From contig JAEHKU010000009.1 of the NCBI GenBank assembly GCA_016838825.1, forward strand, positions 1 through 24,000: a stretch of 24,000 nucleotides of DNA, given 5' to 3'. This DNA comes from Nitrosopumilales archaeon. Lineage in GTDB: Archaea > Thermoproteota > Nitrososphaeria > Nitrososphaerales > Nitrosopumilaceae. The notes below the pieces were generated by a model. That model had not been told where the DNA came from. It searched no databases and saw only the letters and a program-made list of their open reading frames with translations. Made by a program: the position numbers and the translations under genes. Within the stretch, counting starts at the first letter, position 1, and each line of letters starts with the position of its first letter. Below are positions 1 through 7,554 of this stretch, piece after piece.

Positions 1-307
1 TTCCATAACTTTTTTTAAAGTCATCTAAAAGTTGTTTTTTTTGCTCTTTTGGATTTTCGATAAACTCCCGTTGATATGAAGTAGTTTTTTGTTTGCAAGC
101 ATCATTCTCAAAGTTGGTATCAACATATTTAGAAAATATTTGTTGCAGATTTTCACTTTCACCGATGTAAATAACATCCTTATTTTTATCGTAAAAAACA
201 TACACTGCAGGCTTGGCTTTAACAAATCTAGAACTTTGAATCCACAAATGAACTCTATCTTCAAGAAGTAACACGCCTGATTCATCTCTAGACAAGTTTG
301 CAACCAT
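1..307 (-). CDS. GIY-YIG-like small protein, 3' end runs off the window (partial)
   Basis: Not in the ORF track. My reverse-complement translation from ATG at 307 is open to position 1: MVANLSRDESGVLLLEDRVHLWIQSSRFVKAKPAVYVFYDKNKDVIYIGESENLQQIFSKYVDTNFENDACKQKTTSYQREFIENPKEQKKQLLDDFKKSYG. The segment VYVFYDKNKDVIYIGESENL has the GIY-x9-YIG spacing of GIY-YIG nuclease domains. The start lies 3 nt after the stop of the upstream gene (310). The track ORF 25..303 is a different frame with low-complexity content. Confidence 0.55.
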   Translation of the reverse strand, partial: MVANLSRDESGVLLLEDRVHLWIQSSRFVKAKPAVYVFYDKNKDVIYIGESENLQQIFSKYVDTNFENDACKQKTTSYQREFIENPKEQKKQLLDDFKKSYG

Positions 308-309
308 AT

Positions 310-1668
310 TTAATTGATAAAATTTCTTTTTGTCAGTACTGGTCCGTCTTCAATTTTATTTCTAAATGATATCAATCTCCGCAAAGCCTCAAAATTAGCC
401 AAAACTGCCACAATAACTAACAAGATGGGGATTTGATTAGTTAATGCGCCTATTGTTATTAACAACAACCTCAAATCCCTGCCAATTCTAAATTTAGATT
501 GTTTTGTCACGTCTCCATTCCTAAAAATAGAATCATACTTGTCACCTGTGTAACTATTAAGGAAGCTTCCAATGAGGGCTACAAATCCTATTATCCATAT
601 CAGACTGTCTCCATTGATGCTCCAGTGTCCATATGTCAAGCCCAAAATTATAGCCGCATCTGCATATCTATCCAAAACGGAATCAAGCCAAGATCCATAC
701 TTTGTCTGTCTTAGCTTTAATCGTGCTACCTCTCCATCACAACCATCGATGATCGAATGAATATGAACTAAAATTCCTCCCAAAATGAGATAGAAATACT
801 CGCCAAGAAAGAACAGGGACGCACCTGCAAGCCCGATTGTAAAACTCAGTACTGAAATCTGGTTTGGTGTTATGCCAGTATTTAGTAAAGCCTTTGAGAT
901 CCTCAGTGATATTGGTCTGTTTAGTATCTTAGATACAGGACCGTCTGTATCTTTTTTTAATCTGTAGCAGAGGAGTTGTTCTGCATTTTTTCGATCAGTA
1001 TCATCGTCTATGTCTATCCAGAAATTGTCCTCAAGTGGTAAGCATTTCATCTTATTGCGTCTTGCTAGGATTTTGATACCACCCGAAAGACCCTCGTCTC
1101 CTTCGGCAATGCTTTCTTCTAGTGCTTCAAAAATTATAGGATTGCATATGAAGATGCCAGTGTCAATACAGTCATAATTTGTCAGGTCCTTTCCAATTGT
1201 TTTAATTCTGTGATCTAGGGTCAGGACCTTTGTTGCATCTTCCAGATTCAGATATTGTTTAGGATTTTTATCAACACAAAGGATGCACTCATCCTTTGCA
1301 ATCTTTGTCTCCAAAAGTCGGTCTAGTATTCGATGGTCATAGTTGTGGTCTGCCATCAAAAGAACAAAAGGTTCTTTAAAATAATTTTTGGCTGTGAGAA
1401 CCGAAACTCCATTGCCTCTCTTCCATTGATCGTTTTGAACGTATTCGATTTTTACACCATATTTTTTTCCATCTAACAAATGGTTTTTGATTTTGTCACC
1501 GTTATATCCTATTACGATACAGAATTTGGTAATTCCTGATTTCTTTGCAGTTAAGATAACTCTTTCAATGAGACATAAGCCGAGAACTAAAACAAGTGGT
1601 TTGGTATCACCGACTGGTCTAAGTCTTGTTCCCTCACCTGCCGCTAGTATTAAAGCTCTAAACTTAAC
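310..1668 (-). CDS. Bifunctional sugar-phosphate nucleotidyl(cytidylyl)transferase / CDP-alcohol phosphatidyltransferase (IPCT/DIPPS-type fusion); true start unresolved
   Basis: The C-terminal half is multi-TM and carries the CDP-alcohol phosphatidyltransferase motif DGCDGEVARLKLRQTKYGSWLDSVLDRYAD (D-G-x2-A-R...G-x3-D-x3-D). The track start at 1479 is a TTG. The same frame stays open 63 more codons upstream to an in-frame TGA (1669-1671) and encodes VKFRALILAAGEGTRLRPVGDTKPLVLVLGLCLIERVILTAKKSGITKFCIVIGYNGDKIKNH, the canonical NTP-transferase G-x-G-T-R-L motif. I give 1668 as the maximal 5' limit. There is no ATG/GTG/TTG between 1668 and 1479. Confidence 0.8.
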   Translation of the reverse strand, partial: VKFRALILAAGEGTRLRPVGDTKPLVLVLGLCLIERVILTAKKSGITKFCIVIGYNGDKIKNHLLDGKKYGVKIEYVQNDQWKRGNGVSVLTAKNYFKEPFVLLMADHNYDHRILDRLLETKIAKDECILCVDKNPKQYLNLEDATKVLTLDHRIKTIGKDLTNYDCIDTGIFICNPIIFEALEESIAEGDEGLSGGIKILARRNKMKCLPLEDNFWIDIDDDTDRKNAEQLLCYRLKKDTDGPVSKILNRPISLRISKALLNTGITPNQISVLSFTIGLAGASLFFLGEYFYLILGGILVHIHSIIDGCDGEVARLKLRQTKYGSWLDSVLDRYADAAIILGLTYGHWSINGDSLIWIIGFVALIGSFLNSYTGDKYDSIFRNGDVTKQSKFRIGRDLRLLLITIGALTNQIPILLVIVAVLANFEALRRLISFRNKIEDGPVLTKRNFIN

Positions 1669-1917
1669 TCACCTCAACAGATACTATATTCTCAGAAAGA
1701 TTCCTGTGCGTTAATTAAAAATTTTAATTCCGCCATTAACTATATTGAATTTTGATTGATAATTTATAATTTCCTTTGTGAAAAATTATAAAATATGTTA
1801 CAAAAGAGTTTTTTATTTTTAATTTTTATATTCTTACACGATATTAAGATATAGAAGAATTGACGTAGAAACAGTCATTAAGACAGGAAATCCATTTTTT
1901 AATTGAGATTTTATAAT

Positions 1918-2709
1918 ATGAGGGAAGAAATTGCGATTAGTGAAATCAAGGCTCACGAACACTTTTCAAAAATTGCCTCAAAGTATAGAAGATTAAGAAC
2001 AACTGACTTAGAACCCATACTACGCATAAAAAACCAACTAAATGGAAAATCAAGAATCAATATGGCTGATGTTGGTTGTGGTGATGGAAGATATTCACTG
2101 GAACTTCTAAGATGTTTAGGAGATAAATGCTATCTTCACTGCATTGATTCCAACGAAGATATGCTCAGGTATTTGAAAGATTATTTGACAGAACAGAATA
2201 CAATGAATTTTTGTGTTAGACCTGGTGATGCCAACAAATTGCCTATGGAGAGTGATTCAATGGATTGTATTGTAACGTTTAATGCCATACATCATTTTGA
2301 CATTCAAAAGTTCTTAGAAGAGTCATTAAGAGCACTCAAAGATGAAGGCCATCTGTTTATTTACACACGATTAAGAAATCAAAATTCTAGAACCATCTGG
2401 GGAAAATATTTTCCATTATTTACTGATATGGAAAAACGCCTGTATGAACTTGATGAATTAAAACATCATATTCAAGAAGCAGACATGAAGATTCATTCCA
2501 CCAAGGTATTTGGGTATAATAGAATCTCTAGCCTTAGTAACCTTCTAGATAGAGCATGGAATAATCACTATTCCACCTTTACTTTGTACAGCAGAGATTC
2601 CTTTGAAGAGTCATTGCAAGTATTCCAGCAAAACATTAGGAATAACTTTGATAATTTAGAAGAAATCAAATGGCAAGATGAAAACATCCTGCTAGAAATT
2701 AGAAAATAG
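1918..2709 (+). CDS. Class I SAM-dependent methyltransferase (substrate unknown)
   Basis: Motif I is DVGCGDGRYSLEL, with an acidic residue after beta-2 (HCIDSNEDM) and a post-I/II pattern (DCIVTFNAIHHF). The track starts at TTG 1903; I prefer the in-frame ATG at 1918 (MREEIAISE). Confidence 0.8.
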   Translation: MREEIAISEIKAHEHFSKIASKYRRLRTTDLEPILRIKNQLNGKSRINMADVGCGDGRYSLELLRCLGDKCYLHCIDSNEDMLRYLKDYLTEQNTMNFCVRPGDANKLPMESDSMDCIVTFNAIHHFDIQKFLEESLRALKDEGHLFIYTRLRNQNSRTIWGKYFPLFTDMEKRLYELDELKHHIQEADMKIHSTKVFGYNRISSLSNLLDRAWNNHYSTFTLYSRDSFEESLQVFQQNIRNNFDNLEEIKWQDENILLEIRK

Positions 2710-2711
2710 AT

Positions 2712-3626
2712 CTACACCTTTAGGAAATTTTTGATGCCTTTGCTTCTGTTTCTAATTGTAACTTCAGTTATGTTAGCAGCTTGGGCAATTTCTTTCTGCG
2801 AGCGATCCTCCTTCATTTTAACACAAGAAAGATAGAGTGCAGTTCCTGCCAGTGACATAGGATTTTTTCCAGCAACATAATCATTTTGTTTAGCCTTTCT
2901 TAGAATTTCTATCGCATAGCGTTTCGTTTTTTCAGAAATTTCAAGTTTGCTGGCTATTCTAGAAATACATTGCACTGAATCTACTACTGGCATCTTCAAG
3001 TTCAGTTCTTTTACAAGCAGTCTGTAACATCTGGCAATTTCTTTTCTTTTAATGTTGGTGTTTTCTGCAATATCTTTGAGAGTTCTGGGGGTCTCAGAGT
3101 CACGGCATGCTGCGTATAACGTTGCTCCCATTAATGCAGCAATTGATCTTCCTCTTACCAGTCCATTTTCTATGGCTTTTCTGTAAATGTATGCTGATTT
3201 TTCTACTATAGCATTAGATATTCCAAGTTTATCTTTCATTCTGTCAAGGTCACTAAATGCTTCCCTAAAGTTTCTGTCGGTGGATTGATTAAACTGAATT
3301 CTATTATTCGATATTCTCAGACGCTTGAGAGTGCTTTTCATATTATATGTTAGAGGTTTTCCTGCAGCGTCTTTATTTGCAGGATTGATTATTGTAGAAA
3401 GTCCCATGTCATGTCTTCTAAGGGATGTGCCATCTCCTGTTCTAGCCTTATTGGGTTTACCATCTCCTACAAAGGAACGCCATTCGGGTTCGGTAGTTTC
3501 TAACCGCTCAGATATAACAAAACCGCATTTTTTACAAATCGTCTCACCAGTCTCAGTATCAGATATTATAGTACTGTTACCACAGCGTTGACATTTTTCT
3601 TTGTTGGTTATGATTCCTCTTAACAT
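2712..3626 (-). CDS. tfb: Transcription initiation factor IIB (TFB)
   Basis: N-terminal Zn-ribbon CQRCGNSTIISDTETGETICKKCGFV, followed by two cyclin-like repeats (RGRSIAALMGATLYAACR ... GKNPMSLAGTALYLSC). The 304 aa length is typical. Confidence 0.95.
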   Translation of the reverse strand: MLRGIITNKEKCQRCGNSTIISDTETGETICKKCGFVISERLETTEPEWRSFVGDGKPNKARTGDGTSLRRHDMGLSTIINPANKDAAGKPLTYNMKSTLKRLRISNNRIQFNQSTDRNFREAFSDLDRMKDKLGISNAIVEKSAYIYRKAIENGLVRGRSIAALMGATLYAACRDSETPRTLKDIAENTNIKRKEIARCYRLLVKELNLKMPVVDSVQCISRIASKLEISEKTKRYAIEILRKAKQNDYVAGKNPMSLAGTALYLSCVKMKEDRSQKEIAQAANITEVTIRNRSKGIKNFLKV

Positions 3627-3765
3627 TGGCTGTCACACACAAAATAATTCAATATCATGATACTTCTTCATTTTCATTACGTTACCAAATTATATAACTT
3701 TGGAATACGAAGATCAAAGAAAAGTTTAACTAAACCTATTAGTTCTGGGCCCATTACGATGATAG

Positions 3766-4647
3766 TTAAAATCCTCTGAGTCCTTTTGGCCTACAAACTT
3801 CTGGATGTTGTTTCAACCATGAGATTTTTTCAACTATCATATGTTTTTCTTCGGGAAATGTCCCTCCAATAGTATAAGCATTTGAGCCGTGATTTGCTCT
3901 AAAAATAATCTGATCTTTAACTTCTATCTTGCTTACAAGGTCTTCAAGTTCATTTAATGCCTCGGAGTCACTAATTGGAATAAACGGTTCCTTGAATTTT
4001 GTGAAAAATTCATTCCTTATTCCATCCTCTAAGTATAACGTTAGCACTGCAACATAGTGAGGTGAAGTTGCATTTATCAAATCAGCTGTTCCCTGTATAT
4101 GCTGTTTAGTGTATGTTTTTCCTCCCAAACCCAAGATTACCATGCATGACAGAATGAAACCAGCATCTTTTGCTTTTAGACAAGCACGGGTTATTGTTTG
4201 GGAAGTAGCCCCTTTAGTAACTTTTTTCAAAATAATATCAGATCCACTCTCTATCCCCAAATACAACATCTTGAGACCAGCTTCATTCATTTTTTTCAGC
4301 TCTTCAGGAGTTTTCTTGAGTAGATTCATAGGCATTGCATAACAAGAAACCTTTTCTAACTTTGGAAAATTTTTGTATAGATACTTGACAATCTGAATCA
4401 TATACTCAGTTGAAAGGTTAAGTGCATCTCCATCTGCTAGAAAAATTTTTTTTGTGTCAGGCAGCTGCTTTACCATAGTATCAATCTCAAATTTGACTTC
4501 TTCCCAAGACCTCTCAGTGTATTCTTTGTTTCTGTACATATTACAGAAAGAACATTCATTGAACGAACAACCAAGTGTGACTTGAAATATGAGAGATTTT
4601 GCCTCGGAAGGCGGTCTGTAAAGAGGATATTCGTAATTTAACATCAT
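3766..4647 (-). CDS. Radical SAM domain protein (unassigned subfamily)
   Basis: Cys triad GCSFNECSFCNMY near the N-terminus, a GGE-like LADGDAL, and LYLGIESGSD (TIM-barrel core motifs of radical SAM enzymes). Track codon 4650 is TTG; ATG codons follow at 4647 and 4644. Confidence 0.85.
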   Translation of the reverse strand: MMLNYEYPLYRPPSEAKSLIFQVTLGCSFNECSFCNMYRNKEYTERSWEEVKFEIDTMVKQLPDTKKIFLADGDALNLSTEYMIQIVKYLYKNFPKLEKVSCYAMPMNLLKKTPEELKKMNEAGLKMLYLGIESGSDIILKKVTKGATSQTITRACLKAKDAGFILSCMVILGLGGKTYTKQHIQGTADLINATSPHYVAVLTLYLEDGIRNEFFTKFKEPFIPISDSEALNELEDLVSKIEVKDQIIFRANHGSNAYTIGGTFPEEKHMIVEKISWLKQHPEVCRPKGLRGF

Positions 4648-4710
4648 CAATTTTCATAAAGCTGGATCTAATTTATCGTTTATCGGTCATAGTTAGCTAG
4701 TATCCCTATC

Positions 4711-4733
4711 ACGAATACTTTATTCGTAAAAAA
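4711..4733 (-). terminator. Candidate terminator for the 4793..5236 gene: T6 run (minus strand, 4728-4733) followed by a 7-bp hairpin
   Basis: The plus strand reads ACGAATActtTATTCGTaaaaaa. On the minus strand this gives TTTTTT followed by a perfect 7-bp stem with a 3-nt loop, about 60 nt downstream of the stop codon. Archaeal termination commonly uses oligo-T tracts. Confidence 0.3.
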
Positions 4734-4792
4734 GGTCAGTTTAGACAATCTTTTGCAGATTTACTTTACATTCAGCTGGCAGACAACCACAA

Positions 4793-5236
4793 TCAGCACA
4801 TTTGACATGTACCATGCTTCATCTCACGTTTCATTACCCAGTACATTATTGGATATGATGCCATAAAGCCGAATGGTAGCATTATTCCCAGTCCTATCCA
4901 GAACATAGCATCTAACAATGATGCAGCCATAAACCCAGGAATCAAAAATGCGATAGTGTTTTCTGCAGTCTCCATTGCTGAGATACTTGCAGTATCTCCA
5001 GATATTGCAACTTTTACTGCTTGTTTGAAGGTCATTTTTTTCAGCAAGGGTACCATAGTAAAAGAGTAACCTGTTACAAATGCTAATCCTACTGCTAAAA
5101 TGATAGTTGAAATAGTTTCCCAACCTAGTATAGAACCAATTATCATACCTGATACTTCGCCAACATTACAGCCCAGCAAGCATCTTAGAGTACACTTTAG
5201 AGTTTCTTTATGCAAACTCATCTTACTGTGTTCCAT
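4793..5236 (-). CDS. Integral membrane protein, DUF4396-like, with conserved Cys motif
   Basis: TLRCLLGCNVGEVSGMIIGS resembles the HCLxGCxxGE signature I associate with DUF4396. There are 4 predicted TM segments and a Cys-rich C-terminus (HGTCQMC). The track start at 5296 is TTG and would overlap the divergent gene starting at 5269. In-frame ATGs at 5236 (MEHSK) or 5221 (MSLHK) are more plausible. Confidence 0.6.
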   Translation of the reverse strand: MEHSKMSLHKETLKCTLRCLLGCNVGEVSGMIIGSILGWETISTIILAVGLAFVTGYSFTMVPLLKKMTFKQAVKVAISGDTASISAMETAENTIAFLIPGFMAASLLDAMFWIGLGIMLPFGFMASYPIMYWVMKREMKHGTCQMC

Positions 5237-5268
5237 AGAACAATTCCTGTCTGTTCGCATATATAGAT

Positions 5269-5973
5269 ATGAGTTTACATTATTTAGAGTTGACAACAGA
5301 ATCCCCCCGAGATTTGGTTCCGAGATTTTTCGATGAGACAGCTCTAACCTATGATAAAATTATACGATGGACTACTTTTGGGAAGGACAAGTATTGGAAA
5401 GATGAAATTGTCAAAAAAATACCCCCAAGCGATTCAATACTAGATCTTGCTTGTGGAACTGGGATTCTAACTAGGAAAATCGCTCAAAAATTTCCTAATG
5501 CAAAAATAATTGGCATTGATGTATCAAAAAGTTATCTTGAAGTAGCAAAGATAAAATCAAAATTAGAACAAAATATATCATTTGTTAGACAAGACGCCGA
5601 AAAATTAAATCTGAACTCCAAATTCGATTGTATTACTTCATCATATATTTCGAAATATTGCAGCCCAAAAGTTTTGATAGAATCCTGTTTGAAACATCTC
5701 AAACCGGGTGCCAAAATAATCTTACACGATTTTCTCTATCCTACTACCGAAGTTGCACTAAAATTTTGGAATCTGCACTTTAAGGTGTTGAATATTGTAG
5801 GATATTTCTTGCCAAAATGGAGGGAAGTTTTCATTGAGCTTCCAAAATTAATAAGATCATCCAACTGGCTTGACGAATATGAACGGGAAATGAAAAAGAA
5901 TGGTTTAACGGTAGAAATACAATATTTGACATGGAAGTCATCAGCTATTCTTACAGGAACTAAGATAATCTAA
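5269..5973 (+). CDS. UbiE/MenG-like class I SAM-dependent (quinone C-) methyltransferase
   Basis: The N-terminal FFDETALTYDKIIRWTTFGKDKYWKDEIV matches the UbiE-family pattern F-x2-VA-x2-YD-x-MN-x3-S-x-G-x-H-x2-W. SAM motif I is LDLACGTGILTRKIA. The 234 aa length is typical. Confidence 0.7.
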   Translation: MSLHYLELTTESPRDLVPRFFDETALTYDKIIRWTTFGKDKYWKDEIVKKIPPSDSILDLACGTGILTRKIAQKFPNAKIIGIDVSKSYLEVAKIKSKLEQNISFVRQDAEKLNLNSKFDCITSSYISKYCSPKVLIESCLKHLKPGAKIILHDFLYPTTEVALKFWNLHFKVLNIVGYFLPKWREVFIELPKLIRSSNWLDEYEREMKKNGLTVEIQYLTWKSSAILTGTKII

Positions 5974-6375
5974 TCTTATTTCTTCTGAAATTTCAAACCA
6001 TGAAGAACCATTATTGATAATTTCGTAACTTCGTTTCACGGTCTTTCCGTTATTATCTTGAGATAGCGAAGTTATTTTTCGGTCTGCTTTTATTTTATTT
6101 TTAGTAAGAATAGTTCCAATTCCATCCTTTTTTCTCAATAATTGTGATAAGATGGGAGGAGGAAGGACACTTGAATCAAAAGTTACTACTGCACGAATTA
6201 TCGGTAACTCATTTGCAGTTATTGTTATTTTTCTTGAAAATTTTGTTCCTGAAGTTGAATTCTGCTCGATTATATCCAAATATACAGGACACTTTAGAAT
6301 CTCTTCGAGAGTATCTTTTACTTGTCCAACCGGTGCATCAAGTAGACTCTGTACGATTGGGTCGAGGGTTGTCAT
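5941..6375 (-). CDS. Chorismate lyase-like / DUF98-like small protein (tentative)
   Basis: 144 aa. LLDAPVGQVKDTLEEIL and RKITITANELPIIRAVVTFDSSVLPPPILSQLLRKKDGIGTIL resemble the UbiC/DUF98 pattern (R-x-V-x-L...P-V-x-A...LP...L...P-I-G). The match is by eye only. It is co-directional with the upstream membrane-protein gene, 24 nt away. Confidence 0.45.
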   Translation of the reverse strand: MTTLDPIVQSLLDAPVGQVKDTLEEILKCPVYLDIIEQNSTSGTKFSRKITITANELPIIRAVVTFDSSVLPPPILSQLLRKKDGIGTILTKNKIKADRKITSLSQDNNGKTVKRSYEIINNGSSWFEISEEIRLDYLSSCKNS

Positions 6376-6399
6376 GTAATTACATTATAGTTTATTCAA

Positions 6400-7086
6400 T
6401 TAAAGATGTCTTATCATGAAAAAGAAAATAGTTCCAATTATTACGCCTAAGCTCACAAGCTTTAGAACAACTTCTTTTTTGTAAATTAGAGCATGATCAG
6501 CAGATTTTCTTCTAAGCTCCTTGTACATTTTTGACGATTTTATTAGCACGTAACTTAAGATAGCAGCAACTCCCGCAAGTACCAGAGATTCCATGGATAT
6601 TGAATTTGTCTGAATTGCAGACCCTGCTAGTACAGGTAAGATGCCCCAAGATATGACAAAAGAAGTGCTATTGTGAAATTTTCCACCAAATAATTCTAAA
6701 TTATATGCAAAAAGGAAGAATGTCTCAGCAATTCCTATTGGAATTAAAAGTGGTGAATCTAGAAAAGCATAATGAAAACCAATGTACAAGGCTCCTCCTA
6801 ATGAAGCCATAGAAATAATCCATAACTTCTTTTTTGATAAGAAACCCCACGGTTTAGTTCTACCAGATAACGCATCAAGGCAGTGAGCAGTTACTCCAAG
6901 GGCCAGAAAATACAGTATGCAAATAGCTACAAGTCTTTCAATGGTAAAGTAACCTGCAAGGGAACCCCATGCTGCAAAAGAAACCACCATCCCAGTGTAT
7001 GGTAAAAATAAGATTCCAATACCCAGTTTAAAATTTCTAGAACCGAATTTTGGCACAAACCATTCTGATAAACGATCCTTTTGCAC
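6400..7086 (-). CDS. Polytopic membrane protein (about 7 TM), possibly a degenerate UbiA-superfamily relative
   Basis: GTG start at 7086 and a hydrophobic profile with about 7 TM segments. AHCLDALSGRTKPWGFLS loosely resembles the first UbiA motif (N-x3-D-x3-D...R-x2-P-L-x-S-G), and FAYNLELFGG loosely resembles the second (Y-x3-D-x3-D). Acidic residues are partly replaced. Confidence 0.6.
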   Translation of the reverse strand: MQKDRLSEWFVPKFGSRNFKLGIGILFLPYTGMVVSFAAWGSLAGYFTIERLVAICILYFLALGVTAHCLDALSGRTKPWGFLSKKKLWIISMASLGGALYIGFHYAFLDSPLLIPIGIAETFFLFAYNLELFGGKFHNSTSFVISWGILPVLAGSAIQTNSISMESLVLAGVAAILSYVLIKSSKMYKELRRKSADHALIYKKEVVLKLVSLGVIIGTIFFFMIRHL

Positions 7087-7225
7087 TAATTTACTAGTGG
7101 TTATCGCTACTTATAATTTAGAACTTGAAACTAGGATTAAAATCGACTATATCCGTTAGTTATCAACAAATTGTTTTGTCTTCCAAACACCTTTTAGGTA
7201 TACAAAGCACACAAAAATTGTAAAA

Positions 7226-7528
7226 ATGGTACATGATCCACATGTTAAGCGTCTGCTGTATTTTATTTTTGCAGGGTCACGTGGTGGCGTCAACAGAATG
7301 AGATTAATATCAAAATTAAAGGAGAAACCTCTAAACCAAAATCAACTAGCTAAAGAACTGGGATTAGATTACAAAGCAATACAACATCACATTAAGGTAC
7401 TTGAGAAAAACAATCTCGTATCACGAGTTGGAGAAGTTTATGGAGTTACATTTTTTATTTCCACTTTTCTTGAAGTGAACATAGACGCATTTAATGAAAT
7501 TGTGAGTAAATTGGATAAAAGTAAATAA
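7226..7528 (+). CDS. Winged helix-turn-helix transcriptional regulator (ArsR-like)
   Basis: 100 aa. LNQNQLAKELGLDYKAIQHHIKVLEKNNLVSRV is a classic HTH plus recognition helix plus wing. Confidence 0.8.
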   Translation: MVHDPHVKRLLYFIFAGSRGGVNRMRLISKLKEKPLNQNQLAKELGLDYKAIQHHIKVLEKNNLVSRVGEVYGVTFFISTFLEVNIDAFNEIVSKLDKSK

Positions 7529-7554
7529 ACTTTAGGAGGCTGCTGTTTTTCTAT

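Noticed and set aside
25-303. Track ORF of 92 aa on the minus strand (TTG start).
   Set aside because: It is the wrong frame. Its product is low-complexity with no motif, while the neighbouring frame from ATG 307 is open to the window edge and carries a GIY-YIG-like motif.
1487-1714. Track ORF of 75 aa on the plus strand.
   Set aside because: It lies antisense to the in-frame, motif-bearing N-terminal extension (LILAAGEGTRLRP) of the nucleotidyltransferase gene, and I recognise no features in it.
1669-1917. The largest intergenic region, with several TTATAAT/ATTATAAAAT-like repeats; considered as a repeat element or ncRNA.
   Set aside because: The motifs are short, AT-only and consistent with divergent TATA/BRE promoter elements for the two flanking genes. 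There is no extended direct or inverted repeat structure.
3627-3765. Possible C/D-box sRNA in the TFB/radical-SAM intergenic region (ATGATA-like boxes at about 3651 and about 3757, CTGA at 3776).
   Set aside because: The boxes deviate from RUGAUGA. The only C-like/D pair is about 12 nt apart, too short for a guide RNA, and there is no C'/D' set or terminal stem.
4760-4795. The TGA stop of the DUF4396-like gene comes directly after a Cys-rich C-terminus (HGTCQMC), raising the idea of selenocysteine or read-through.
   Set aside because: The downstream frame closes again after 6 codons (LWLSAS then TGA). I see no SECIS-like structure, and Sec usage is not known for this lineage.
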